A DNA stretch of 64,000 nt, taken from positions 14,534,682-14,598,681 of the forward strand of contig CM119264.1 of NCBI GenBank assembly GCA_051294375.1, in the 5' to 3' direction. Positions 14,272-36,700 of this stretch are shown here, one piece after another. Below the pieces are notes generated by a model, which worked only from the letters and a program-made list of their open reading frames with translations, searched no databases and had not been told where the DNA came from. This DNA is from Paraspadella gotoi. Taxonomy: Eukaryota > Animalia > Chaetognatha. A program made the translations under genes and the position numbers. The stretch's first letter is position 1; every line of letters starts with the position of its first letter.

Positions 14272-15670
14272 TTTCGTCTCAATTCAATTCCTTTCTCCTC
14301 CTTCTCTCTTTCCTCTTTGATATCGGATTCAATATCGTTTGACTTAAGAGGCTTTTTTAAGCCGACGTCATGAACACGAATCATCAGTTTCTTCTTTTTT
14401 CCTCTCTTTCTTTTTTTTCTTTTTTCTTTTTTGTTAAACTTTTTTTAATTTTTTCTCATCAAAGATTTGGCTCCAGCTTTTCAATTCGCTCCAGTTTGTG
14501 GCACTTGCAAAGTTAATTGCGATTATATCAGTACATAAACTCGTTGCAATTTCTAAAGCTATTTCAAGACACAATCGTCTCTTCCGCCGCCCCGAGAGAC
14601 TCCCTCTAAATCCATCCTCCGCAACCCCTAACTCTCCCGCCGCCCCCCCTTTCGCCTCAGTTTCTGATTCTCTAATCCTCGGCTGACCAATCGCGGTCAT
14701 TTTCGAAATCCGGCCAATTCCCCCCCAAGGAAAGAAAAGTCTTAGTCTCATTTTCACGGATTTCTTCTTTTCATCAAGTTTCGGAATCCTATCCACGGAA
14801 CCATTCACATTATATATTTTTTCACTGTACTGTAAATCTGTTTCTGTTCGTTGTGGTTTTTTTATTAGAGGCAAAATTGTGAAATTGGTTAAACAGATTT
14901 ATTAGTACAAAAACCAATCCACATTTCTCTGATATTTTCACTATATATTTTTACAAATTTCTTCTCAACTTTCAATATCTTACAGATATTAATTTCTAAT
15001 TTATTCAATTAGTTTTTTTATGGGATTTTTTGATATTTAATTTCTTGTTGTCCTCGTTCGTTCCCTTCGCCTCAATACTAGTTAAAAAAATTTTTTCTAG
15101 CAAGCCGTCGCTGTTTTTCAACTGACGTTTTTGACAACGAGTTTTAGAAGAAATCTAAAAATCCGAATGTGTTATCGCGAATGAATCAGTTAGAACTTTT
15201 TCATGCTTGTAATTAAAAAGGATATGCTTCTCTTATCTTAATCTCTCTCTTTTCTTCTTTAAGGTCGATTTTCCTCCTCTTCATCCTTTCTCTATAATTT
15301 TTTACCCCAGTTCTTTCCATCAAAGTTTTTTTTTTCCAGACGATATCTTTTCAAGATATCGCAAAGTCTGTTCATTTTTGCTGTCCATGGGAAAAAAGAA
15401 AGAAAAAAGTGAACCAACAAAATGGAAATTAAAAACACAGAAAAACATTGAAAAAAAAATTAACATCTTTCATGGACGGGAAAGCATTCTCTGGGCTTGA
15501 GTAAAAAAATTAATCAAGAAAGGTGGGAGACAACCTTGAAGAATATGGAAAAAGCGAACATGTTCTGAAACAAAAAAACTAAAAAAGAAGTCGATTGAAT
15601 ACAAAAGTTCCTGATAATACATGAGTGTGGTGGGGAACCCTACAGAGTTGTGTAATGGAAAATTTAGTTA

Positions 15671-15717
<47 letters not shown>

Positions 15718-17745
15718 AGAAGAGAGAGAGAGGAGAGAGAGCGAAGGGAAGTTGTTAAAAGAAGTTTCATTGCGGGTATAAAATGTAGGAACAAAAGGAA
15801 GCGAATGATAAAGCGTTGAGGTGAAAATAATGGTGATGGATGAGAAGCCTCATTATTAGAGATAAGAAGAAAAGGAACCAGGATAACGCCTTTGACATAA
15901 AGAGAAAAAGTCGTCGGAAGAGCTTAAAGGGGAGAATCTCTATGGATCGGGTGTTTGTTTCACAGTGGAAGGCTCGGATCGGAAAGTTATAAGGTAGTTG
16001 AGACAATGAATTAAAGGAAGTCGTGTAAAGAAAGTGGGGGAGGGGAAAGGGAAAAAGCGATACATTTTTCCCCCATTTCTGGCTTTTGAGAACTATGAAA
16101 ATATCAGTTAAGTTTTTCTATTCTCTATACAAACAGTAAAAAAAAACTATTTGAAAATTAATCATATGGCCATTGGACATTGGGCGGGCAAACTTAAAAA
16201 AAGGTTTATATACGTAGACGACTACGAAGAACGCACACCCACACACAAGACGAAAAAGGAGACAAGAAGACTAAGAAGGAAGACGAAGAAGAAAACGAAG
16301 AAGAAGAAGGCGTAGAGGAAGACGAACACCAAGACGACGAAGAAGACCCCGCAGCGGGTCACACGTTATTGCTAAAAGGAAGAAGAACGAGCGTTGGTGG
16401 ACGCCAACGACGTCAGCCAACATTTTTATGACCATCAATTTTTTTTTCTTTTTGACGGATCCCTCATCTTCCTGCGAATCGAAAATGAAGAGAGACCCTT
16501 CTTCATCTGGCGGCGTGAGGCCCTCATCCGCTCCTCCCACTCCTCTTTTTCCTCCGCTTCTCCTTTCGAGCGTCATTTTTATCGCCTCGCGTCAACTTTG
16601 ACGTCATTTCGGGTGAATTGATGCTCGCTGAGTCAGAATTGGGTCCTGACGGTGTAATAATAAGTCCGACGGCCATTATTGTTACTTAAAAAAAAAGAGC
16701 GTCTCGAATTGAGAGAGAAGAGAGAGAGAGACACCTGTGACCCAACGCAAACCACGCCGCATCGCGTCTTCGATTCGGCGCATCTTCTTGACGTTTTCTC
16801 GACGTCTCTGCCTCTTGGCCCCATTTTTTAGGAATCGAACTGCGTTTCGAAGCTCAATTCCGTTTTTTTTGGTTTTTTTTTTTTTTTGTTTTTTTTAATG
16901 TGGGAGTTGGGGACAAAGGGAACGATGTCTAGGGATAAAGTTGCTTGCACTGAAATACCAAAGTCTAAACTGAAAATCTGTCAACCACTTCTTCTGCCAC
17001 CGAAAAAAAATTTATAACAGTTTCTCTACTAGTTTTTTTACTAGTTTTTTAGTAAAAGTTTCCTTTTTGTGTTCATTTGATATCTCTGTTTTCGCTTATA
17101 TACTTTTAATTTCCTGCAAATAGATTTAATTTTTCCGACTGAGAAAAGTTTCAATTCTCAGTCGAATTCCTACCCGCTTCGACTAATTTACATATTCCGT
17201 ATTGATTTTTTTTTCTGTCCTTTTAAAAGTAGCGTCATTGTTTTGTTTCTCTCGAAGGCAGTGGCAGTCTCGCGAAATGACGATCCCCTTTTTTTCACTT
17301 TTTTTTTTTTTTTAAATTCTTTCCTTCTTCTTTCATCCCCTTTCTAAATTCTCCCTTAATCGTCATTAGCCTCTCTTTCTCTGATTCCGACCCATCTTCC
17401 TCCTTTCTCTTCCACTTTCGTCCAGATGTAAAGTATAACGATAACAATTCCACCCAAGAACCTTTTCAATATTTTACTGCTTACCTTTCCAATTTCGTAG
17501 GGTTCGTCCTTATCAGTTCATTCCTCTTCTTCCCAGTTCCCTTTACATATGTACCCTCCCTTTCATCCCCCGCCATTTCGAAAAATGGCTAGAATGTGTC
17601 CTCGCTCTCATTTGCATATTCAAGTCTCGCGCCTTCCGGACGATCGCGGCTCATTTTCGCTGCGAATTTGCTCCCACGACGCGAAGGATTCAACCGGGGG
17701 TCGGGGAGTAGAGAGGAGGGGAGAGGTGAGGTGGGTAAGTGACAT

Positions 17746-17829
<84 letters not shown>

Positions 17830-20800
17830 AGAAAGGAAGAGTGACCCAGACGAAAAGGGGAGTGACGAATGAATGGAGACTAGAAAAAGGAAAGAAGGAA
17901 AGAAGGAAAATAAGGATAAAAGAAAGACTGGAGAACTGTGAAAGAATAAATGAAAAAGTAAAAGATTATAAGTAAAAGGAAGACTAAGGAAGAGAGGATT
18001 GAGAAAGATAGAGAAAATCACGACGCAAATGGAAAGAGATGCCAAAAAAACTGATTAGATACGGCAGCAAGCAATAGGTACCAAGCGATGAGCAACAAGC
18101 AATAAGCAAAAAGTCAAAATGAACTCGATCCGAAGCGTTAAAAAATTATTTGACTTAAGAGTATTTCGAGCGATAAGATAGTTTCATGTAATAGTTTAGG
18201 CACTAATTCCAGAAAGCGTCCAATTTCTGTTTCATGAACTGAATTTTGGCTCTAATATCAAAGTTCAAAACCTATTCTTTTACCAATTCTAAACGGGGCG
18301 TTTTTGAAAAATTTGGCCAAAAAATCTTCAAACCATTGAAGTTTCTCTCCTCTTAGCTTTTTCAGTTTTTGTTTTTCCTCGAATTTTTTTCGAATTTACA
18401 TTTCGTTTTCCTTCTCTTTTTCCGGAAAATAAAAAAAACCTGGAAGGAGATAAATGTAGAAGGAGAATGAAATGTAACTGTAGGTAAAGAAATAGACGGA
18501 GATAAGGGAGAAGAAGACGCGAAAAATATCGGAGAACTCAAGCGAGGGGACTTGATGGAAATGAGTGTGGAAAAAGGAAAGCGATAAGGAGTAAAAAGAC
18601 AAAGAGGAAGAAGGCTTTATCTCTCTCTCTCTCTCCTTCGTCTCTGTCTCCGTCAAGAAGGTTTATAACCGCCTCGGGTCATTCCGGAAATGGGCGTAAA
18701 AGGCGGCGTCGCCCGTTGTCTCCGAATTCCCCTTCGGCGTCGCAGAGCCGTCTCCTTTCTCTTTAAAAAGCCTGAAAGAGGTGGATCTTTACTCCTTTCA
18801 AATAGAATGGGAAAAGTCACCTATATATTTATGGTCTCGCGTCAATGAGTCAAGGTGAGTTGGGAAAGCGTTTGCAGTAAATCACCGCGATTTTATTAAT
18901 ATTATCAATATTACTTTTTAACGTAAACATAAAAAAGCGCGATTTTAATTAAAATTGAGAAAAACTAGAGGAGAAAACAATTTTTTTCTTTTAAGATAAA
19001 AGAAAAACAAGTATTGATAAAAAATGGTAATTGTTTTTACTTCCATGTGTATGTCGCGTTGATTCTATCTAATGTGTCTATAATCTTCGTTTCGGAAGTA
19101 TTCACAACCTGTTTCAATCTATAAATAATGTTTTCCTTCAATCAAAATACAAAATCTGAAATTACTTTACGGTTGATTAAATGAAACAATGACAAATTTG
19201 ACACCACAACAACAAAAAAACCCGAAGATATAATAGAGAACAATTCATCAGCGCAAAAACCGAATAAAATATCGACAGATCAAAAAGTTGTGCCTTCAAC
19301 ATCAGAATATAAATTGATGTAGTTGCAAACGTCAACTGCCTCTCTCGTCTGCCTCACAATTTGTCCTCTCCCTTTTTTCACTTTCTTCCTTTCACTCCTT
19401 CTTCTTTCTTCACTTAAATGGACAAAAATTAAAGAAAAGCAGATGCTTTTTCCGAAGCAAACGAGAAGCAAAGCGAGGAACAGATGCTGCCGAAAAAAAA
19501 AGTTTACATTCGCTCCATAAAAAAGTGGCTCAGGAATCGCCGTGCGCCGAAAAAGGAGGCCGTTAAATCCAATGACGACTGTAAAATCCGTCAAGTGATA
19601 ACAAGATTGAGAAAATCACAAAATACCCACAGAATCCCAGATCGAATGTCTTAAAAAAAAGAATCAGCCACTCTAGTCTGTTATTTTGTAAAAATTCCAA
19701 GAAAGAGACATTAACGAAAGAAAGAAACATAACCGCCTCGAAGAAACCAACGAAAGAACTCCCTCCTTCCAAAGGCCACGCGTGAAGCAGGATTTTTCTC
19801 GTAATTTGATTCCTTTTTTTCCCTTTTCATTTCTCTAGAAAAAATTAAAAAATAAAAAAAACAGCTTTCACGTTTTCTGGTTTGTGTTTTCACCGAATTT
19901 TCCACGCTCACGGAAGATTAAAGAGAAGAAAATGAAGGGCGTGCAGGATATTTGTAAGTCGCGTGAGCAGAGAGAGAGAGAGACAAAGATTAGAAAATGT
20001 GTTCACTGGTAATTCACTTTCCTCGTAGAGGTTTACTTTCCATCTGCGCTCGGTGGTGTTGGCAATAGTCGTAATTGTTGTGTTAAGCGAACTAAACCAC
20101 CGCCACCTGGGCCTGGTAACACTTTCTTCGAACGAGCAAAATTTTTGGCGAAAGAGAAATAGGGGAAAGGCGGGAGGCTGAAGGTGGCGACGACACTGAT
20201 TTAAACGAATCTCTGTCGTTGTTTTGTTTCGCGCGAGTCGAATAGTTAATTAGGGCCCGTTTAATTATGGTACGTTGTTTTCGCATTAAGGATTCAGACA
20301 AGATGACAACAATCGACTCACGGTACTTTATATTTTTTACTCCAAACCACTTAGGTTAAAATCATTTTGCATTAACTTAACTAATCTAGAGCATTTAAGT
20401 TTTTTTTTACTTTACTACGAGTGAACCTAAGGATAAAATTTTTAATAACAATTCCCTTCCGACTAACTGTAGTGAGAGAGACGAAAGATGGCAGAAAAAC
20501 TGAACAGGAGCGAGTGGCCCCGCCAGTCCTTCAGAGTCGTGACTCGTGATTCCGGCAAATCAGGGGATTGAGCGCCAGAGGTTAATTGATGTGAAACGTG
20601 AGTCTAAGACCGCCCCTCCCCCCCCATCACCTCCATTTTTTTTCTTTTGCCAAAAAGAAAAAGAGAGAGAAAAAAAAGAAAATTCCATTTCTTTCCCCAA
20701 AAATATTTCCGTCGGAACGTCATCCTTTTCAGCGCCATTTTTCTTCCTCGTTCACAATTTCACATCCTTCCAATTTCCTTCCTTCGAATTTCCTTTCCTC

Positions 20801-22410
20801 TTTTCTCCTCTCTCTCTCTTTCTCAATCCGCCTCCTCACCTCCATTCCTCTTTCTCGATTTTATTTTTTCATGTCTTCACACTTTTGCTTCGATCCTCTT
20901 TCCAAACATTACCCTTTTTTTCTCTATGTTTGTTGCCCGAACTTATTTTCTTCTTCGCGTTGGTTCACCCTTCATCCTTTTCTTCATTTTCTTTCTTCTT
21001 TTTTTTCGGAAATAATGTTTTTTTTTCTTTATCTTTCCTTACTTCCTTAGACTTAGTCGGTTTTTTTCTCGCGGCTAATATTTTCAAGACCTATTTTTTT
21101 GTTTTTAACGGGTTTTTCTTTTTATCCTCGAATTTCTTCACCGGCGGGACGACTCCGCATGCGCCGATTGACCTTTTTGACCTTCTAACCCTGTTGACCA
21201 TCGAACCTTTCTATCCCGCGACCCGTTTCGACGTTCAGGTCCGAAGATCCTCCAACTCGCCCCGACTCGGCCTTTCGGTTTTTCCCCTTTCCGACCTTTC
21301 CTCATCTCCGACCCTGCGACACGAAGCTCTGACCCGACTTCTCCTTTGAACGGACGACCTCCGGCGAACCGGCTCCTTACGACAATCGGGACCCCCAGAG
21401 AAGACTGAGGGAACGATCTTTGCTCCGTTCCTCCGGCGGTGATTTCCGGACGGTGATTTCCGATCGGTGATCTCCGCGTCGACTCCGGGGAAAATGACTC
21501 TAAATCGACCAAGATGGCGGACGGACGGAAAATACTCGAGAAAATTGGATTCTGTGGAGGCAGGTTCAGTTTCTTTCTATATAAGTTATGAATTTACGAT
21601 TTGAACAGCTTTTATGTTAAAAAAATTTTTTTATAATTAAAGAAAAGATAAAAATATTTCTCTATGCTTAGTTATTGAATAATTCCGTTAACTTTAGCCT
21701 TTAATTTTCTTTAGACCAGAATCCCTTTAATTCAACTTTTTTTTATTCCACCGCCGACTCAATTATGGACACAAAAGAAGACGATTTCAATGTTAACAAG
21801 TTTTCTTTCTTCGCTTTTTCTGCTTTTGCTTCTCATCTTTGCTTTTTCTCCTTTTATTCTACCCTTCTCTCCGCCTTCCCTTCCAACTTGTCCGAGCGAC
21901 GACGACGACGACTTACACGATAAAACTCACCTTCACCCGGGTTTGAACTTTCGTGTAGAAAGTTATGAAAGGAATGTCATTGGCTTTCTCTCCTCTCTCA
22001 CCTGGAACCGCTCCGTTACTGTCTCCTCGTCATTATGCCTCTTCCTCTTCCTCCTCCACTAACTGCCCCATGACCTTTGACGCTTTAATCCCATTTTCAC
22101 GGGATTTTTTTTTCGTGTTTTTTCTTTTTCCCCCCTTTTCCTTTCAGACGGTTTCTTCACCACAGTTTTTCGTCCTGGATTTTTCTGTGAAGGCACACCC
22201 CTTTACACTCAAGCGCTATCTATAAATGACAACATAGTTCCAACGCTTCGCTGTCTTCGCTTCCAGCCCCCTATCTTCGGGTGAGATAAAGAAAGGAGAA
22301 ACGTCGAGATATTCGCGGACAGAATTCACCCAAAATTTCCAAAAATAGACGATGTTTAAGTCAAATGGCTAATAGGTCAAAGAGATATAGGAAGAAAGCA
22401 AAAAAAAAAA

Positions 22411-22483
<73 letters not shown>

Positions 22484-23111
22484 GATAGAGAGAGAGAAGA
22501 GAAGACAGAGAGAGAGAACAGTGAAAGGGAAATATAAGAATTTTCTCACCCGACAACAACAATACGACAGCCCCCGTGCTTCATCTCCATTTTTTTAGAA
22601 GGTACATCACATTTTACCTGAGGCCTCTCATTCATCCCCGTCTCTTCTTCGCGGTGAGAAGACGGAACAAAGAAGGCAAATTGTCTCCGCCTTAGGCTTC
22701 TTGGCGTCCAACTCGACTCACCTCGGAGTTCCTCACCTTTTTTTTCCCTTCCCCGATTCATCATTACCACCGGCTTTCGTCATTTTTACATTCGCCACAA
22801 GGTGCATTCATTGGAATCATATTACCAACTTACATTTCGTTTTAATACAGACATAGTTTTGGGTTTTTAGTCTTTCCCTTCTTCGAGTTCTATCTTTCTA
22901 AAACCAAATCGCGCCACCTTTTCGAATTCCAGTGGCAACCACATTCACCCTCCAACCCTCGCTCTCTGTTATCATTAGAAATAACCACACCAACCTACCG
23001 GCATTCTCTGCCTGCATCTCCCCCCCCCCTTTCCCTCATAATCGTCTCACGAAGTCGAAGAGCGTGACTGAATTTTTTTTCCACCCCTTTTTTCCCAAAT
23101 AGTTCAGATAA

Positions 23112-23167
<56 letters not shown>

Positions 23168-23745
23168 CATTCTTCGCTGGTAAAAAGGACATTATATATT
23201 CTATAATCGCTTAAACTTATCCTTCGTATCCTTCGAGATCTAGTCGCGGGGGTCGCCTTCTCTGTACTAAAAAGAAATATGAAACGATGAAGAAAAGGAG
23301 GGTGCATTGGAAGGGAGGACTAAAGAGAAAGAGAGGGAGAGAGGCAGAGCGATAAACGTGCAAAAAAAAAGTTGGAAAACAACTCGCGAGTCTGCACGAT
23401 CCCGTGGAAAGGTCAAATCCCATACGCGGAAAAAAGAAACTAAATTGGAGTTTGACCTTGAGACCTCCCAAGTTACGCGTCGCTCAATCGTCGGCTCCGT
23501 CTGCTAAACGACGAAGCGGGTTGCGCCTCTCGCCTCCGTGACTTGTGACACCAACACCCCCCCTCAATTGCCCCGCCCCCAACCACCACCCGACGACGAA
23601 ATGATTATGTCACAAGTTGTCGTAAGTTCCCCCTCATAACTCGATTGTTTCCGTCATCAGGAATTGTGAAATCGAAATCTCGAGGCGACGCCATTAATAA
23701 GAGGAGACAATAATTTGAAATAATAACGGTAATTTAAATATGTTG
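14272..23745 (+). repeat. Copy 1 of a ~9.6 kb direct duplication
   Basis: Colinear with 23771-33450 over its whole length. Ends exactly at the N-gap with AATTTAAATATGTTG. Confidence 0.9.
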
Positions 23746-23770
23746 NNNNNNNNNNNNNNNNNNNNNNNNN

Positions 23771-33450
<9,680 letters not shown>

Positions 33451-33563
33451 CGCCGCAGTGACTGACTTATCACATGTATTTCTGATTGATCAAGTGATTA
33501 CCAATAAGCATTCAGCCCGCGCTGCATCGGGATGACGTCTTTTATTCTTTATACGATTTGTTT

Positions 33564-33755
33564 AAAAAACCAAAGGGAGTGCTAGAAGTCGCTTAGAGTC
33601 AAGGTTCTCAGCAAAAATTACAAAAGAGAAATGATGTTAACGAGATATAAGCATTTTAAACGTAAGTGGGACAGACCGACGGAAGGACATACCGACCGAC
33701 CGACAGACAGTGTCTCATAGAGTTGCTCCCCGAGTACTCGTGACGCAACTAAAAA
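33564..33755 (-). mobile_element. Non-autonomous Helentron/DINE-1-like element
   Basis: Minus strand: T-run, TAGTTGCG...GCAACT short inverted repeat, GTCY-type tract (GTCTGTCGGTCGGTCGG..CCGTCGGTCTGTCC), then 3' GCGACTTCTAG and a T-run. Confidence 0.5.
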
Positions 33756-36700
33756 GGATATATATGTCAAAGATAAATTTACGACACGATGCAAGTTAAC
33801 GTGTCGAAACCTACTCATGCAAATTTTTAGCATATTTCTTTATCTGTGAGCAAAACTTGAAGCTTTATATTAATAATACCGCACGCGTTTGGTTCTACCA
33901 AACCTTCTTTACTTTTACCATAACCCTCACTTATCTACAAAAAAGAAAAATGAATAAAAAATCAATAAAAAGCAGACTCGAGGTAGTAAAAATCTTTGAC
34001 AAAATTTTGATTTGTCAGTTAAACCATGTCACGAAAATACCATGAGGTAGAGACTTTTCGAGTGCTAAATGAATAATATCTAAAGGAATGAAGTCGAGGG
34101 AACGCTTTTAACCATTGTATTGTATTAATGTAGTAAAATACAAAAAAGCGATGAGGAGCAGGTTGAAAAGCCTGAAGGAAAAACGATTAAATCAATAACT
34201 AGCAATCGAGCAATTTATAATAATTAGCTAAGCTATTTAATATAAACAATAAGAATTCGATTAAATATTTATTAACTATTTAATAACCTACTTGTATGAC
34301 CCTTGGATCTCTATGGTAACCCATAAACACTAAAAATAATAATCGGAGGAATGGAGGAATGGAGGTGCGATCGAGAGGAAAGCAGAAATTTGAATGCCAT
34401 AGCAACTGGAGGCACAAACTGACGTCTGCGGAAGAAAGGAGGAGGAAAGGGAGGAAGAAGAGGAGGAATATGGAGAAGATAAGGAGGAAGAGGAAGAGGC
34501 ACGCGAGGCGCGATCGAAGGAGCGCGGAAGAATTTTGAGAATCATAATTATAACGTAGAGGAGATTGAGGGGAAATTAAGAATAATACCAATAACTTATC
34601 ATCGTTAATGAGGTTTCGGGAAGCGCCGTGAAAGGTTTTTAACACCCCGCCCATTCGACCCTTGAATTATCTAATGAAACCTTCCGAGGGGCTTCCCGAA
34701 ATAAATAATATACAATAGTAAAAATAATAGCACAGTATTAATATTTATATCATACTATCAGCTGACTAACTAGACCAGTGAACATTTAAACTAACAGCTA
34801 GCCATCTATTGTATTTTTAGGTTCACACTTTTTTGTAAGCTCGGCTCTGCGACTTAGATTGCAATTGTTCAGCATCAGGACGAACTGGAATCCATCTTTT
34901 GGTTCTTGAAGATTACGTTATCGAAACATACTAAAAACCTGGGCTGACACTAATAATTTTGATATACTTTATATTTAATTGTTAAATGAGATTGTAGTTT
35001 GTAATATATTGAAAATAGACTCGGGTATCTTATGAACTTCATTTATATTTGGTAATAAAGCAATGCAATACAGTTCAATATAAATTCATTACAATACATT
35101 GCCTGAATAGCAATAAAAATTATTTTCTGCGCGCGTGATCTACGCTTGTCAAGGAGAAAAATTTACGTTGATGACGTAAAAAAAAAAATTTAATAATCAA
35201 GTGGCATGGGGCCGCGGAAAATATTTGATGGCTTTAAATGAACAATGCAACAAAAAGGCGGCAGAATTCAAAATTTTCTACCTTTTTTATTTTTTTATTT
35301 TCGGTCGGAACTTGTTATGTTCATGTAATCCAAACATTTGGACTGCTTTGTTGCGAGCGCCGCGCATCGGATTAAAGAGCAAGGAAGAGTTGCTAATTTC
35401 ACCATAGCCTTCCGCGTTTTAGGGCAGAGTGGATAGTAGCTGATTAGCAATATTAGGCGAAAGAGGTGACTTGGATTTGGCGGGGTGAAGTTCGTGGATG
35501 CAGCTGGCCGAGTGCGTGTTTCGTAAGATTTTAGTGGCAACTCTTGAGGGTCTCCCGTTTTGTCTTCACACTGAGGATTAATTTTCTTTTTCAATTCCTC
35601 CATTTCCTTTTAGTGTTTGAGTATTAGCTTATTTTTTTCATATTTGTGGTCTTTTAAAAGTTCAGCTTTTTCCCTTACCTTTTTTTTCAAAAACATAACT
35701 TCAAGGTCCTTTTTTTCTTTCCTTAATCTTTCATTTTCTGATCGCATAAAGTTTCATTGTTCTCTGTATCTTCCAATTTCTATGCGCGATTTTCAACAGT
35801 CATTAGGTTTGTAATGTTTTTTGAAATTACGTTGACATGGCTTAGATTTTTCGTTTTTTGAGAAGGTACATAACGGAAGGACATGGGAGGACCAGTCGCA
35901 ATTGAACGAAGGGGAAGAAAAGGATAAGGATGGTAGGAATGATAAGGTTTGTCAATGGATTTGAAAGTCGCAGATTTAGGAAGCAGTGAACCTTTCTTCC
36001 GGACAAAATGTAAAAAAGATATTTATCAAACTGCTCGGGGGTCATACCACGATGAATAGCGACTCTTTTCCAACCTCGGTAAGCTGCTCTATCGATTTTC
36101 TTTTGAGAGGAAGTCAGTTTTATACCAGGCCTGAAGTAGTTTTCGTCGGGACTACTTTCACGTTTAACGGAATGGAGTCGTCTTCCATCGCAATTTTGAA
36201 TGGGAATCTGAAACCGCGGTTACGGCCATCATGGGCAGGATTGATGTCAAGTAGAATCAGCGGTTGTTCATCTTCGACAACGTCAGTCTCTGAACAGAAA
36301 AGTTCTTCAAAGATGCAAAGGCGTGTTTTCATTAAGTGCAGCAAGGGATGTCGTCTCTTCCATTGGCGTTTCTTTGGCATTGGATGAGCTTGGTTCCTTT
36401 GTAGATGGCGTCACTTTTTGTGGCGTTGCCTGAGAAGGGTATATTATTTTTTTTAATTCTTTTTTTAATGTGATTATTTTAAAGAGTATAAACAAGGCTT
36501 ATGATTCAAATTTGTTTTACCTCTTCATCTTCTGAGAAGTTTTCTTTCCAATGAGATTCCAATATCCAGATGAGGGGAATTAACGCCAAAAAGACCCAAC
36601 TGATGAAAATATTACTAAGTTTTTATCTCAAATATTTTGTGTAATATCTGTTAATTGAATACCTTCGAGAGGTCTTGACAGGGGACTCGGGAGACTTGAG

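Noticed and set aside
23648-23661. CTGATGA..GAAAC on the minus strand (hammerhead ribozyme core)
   Set aside because: No room for stem II between the core motifs and no flanking stems.
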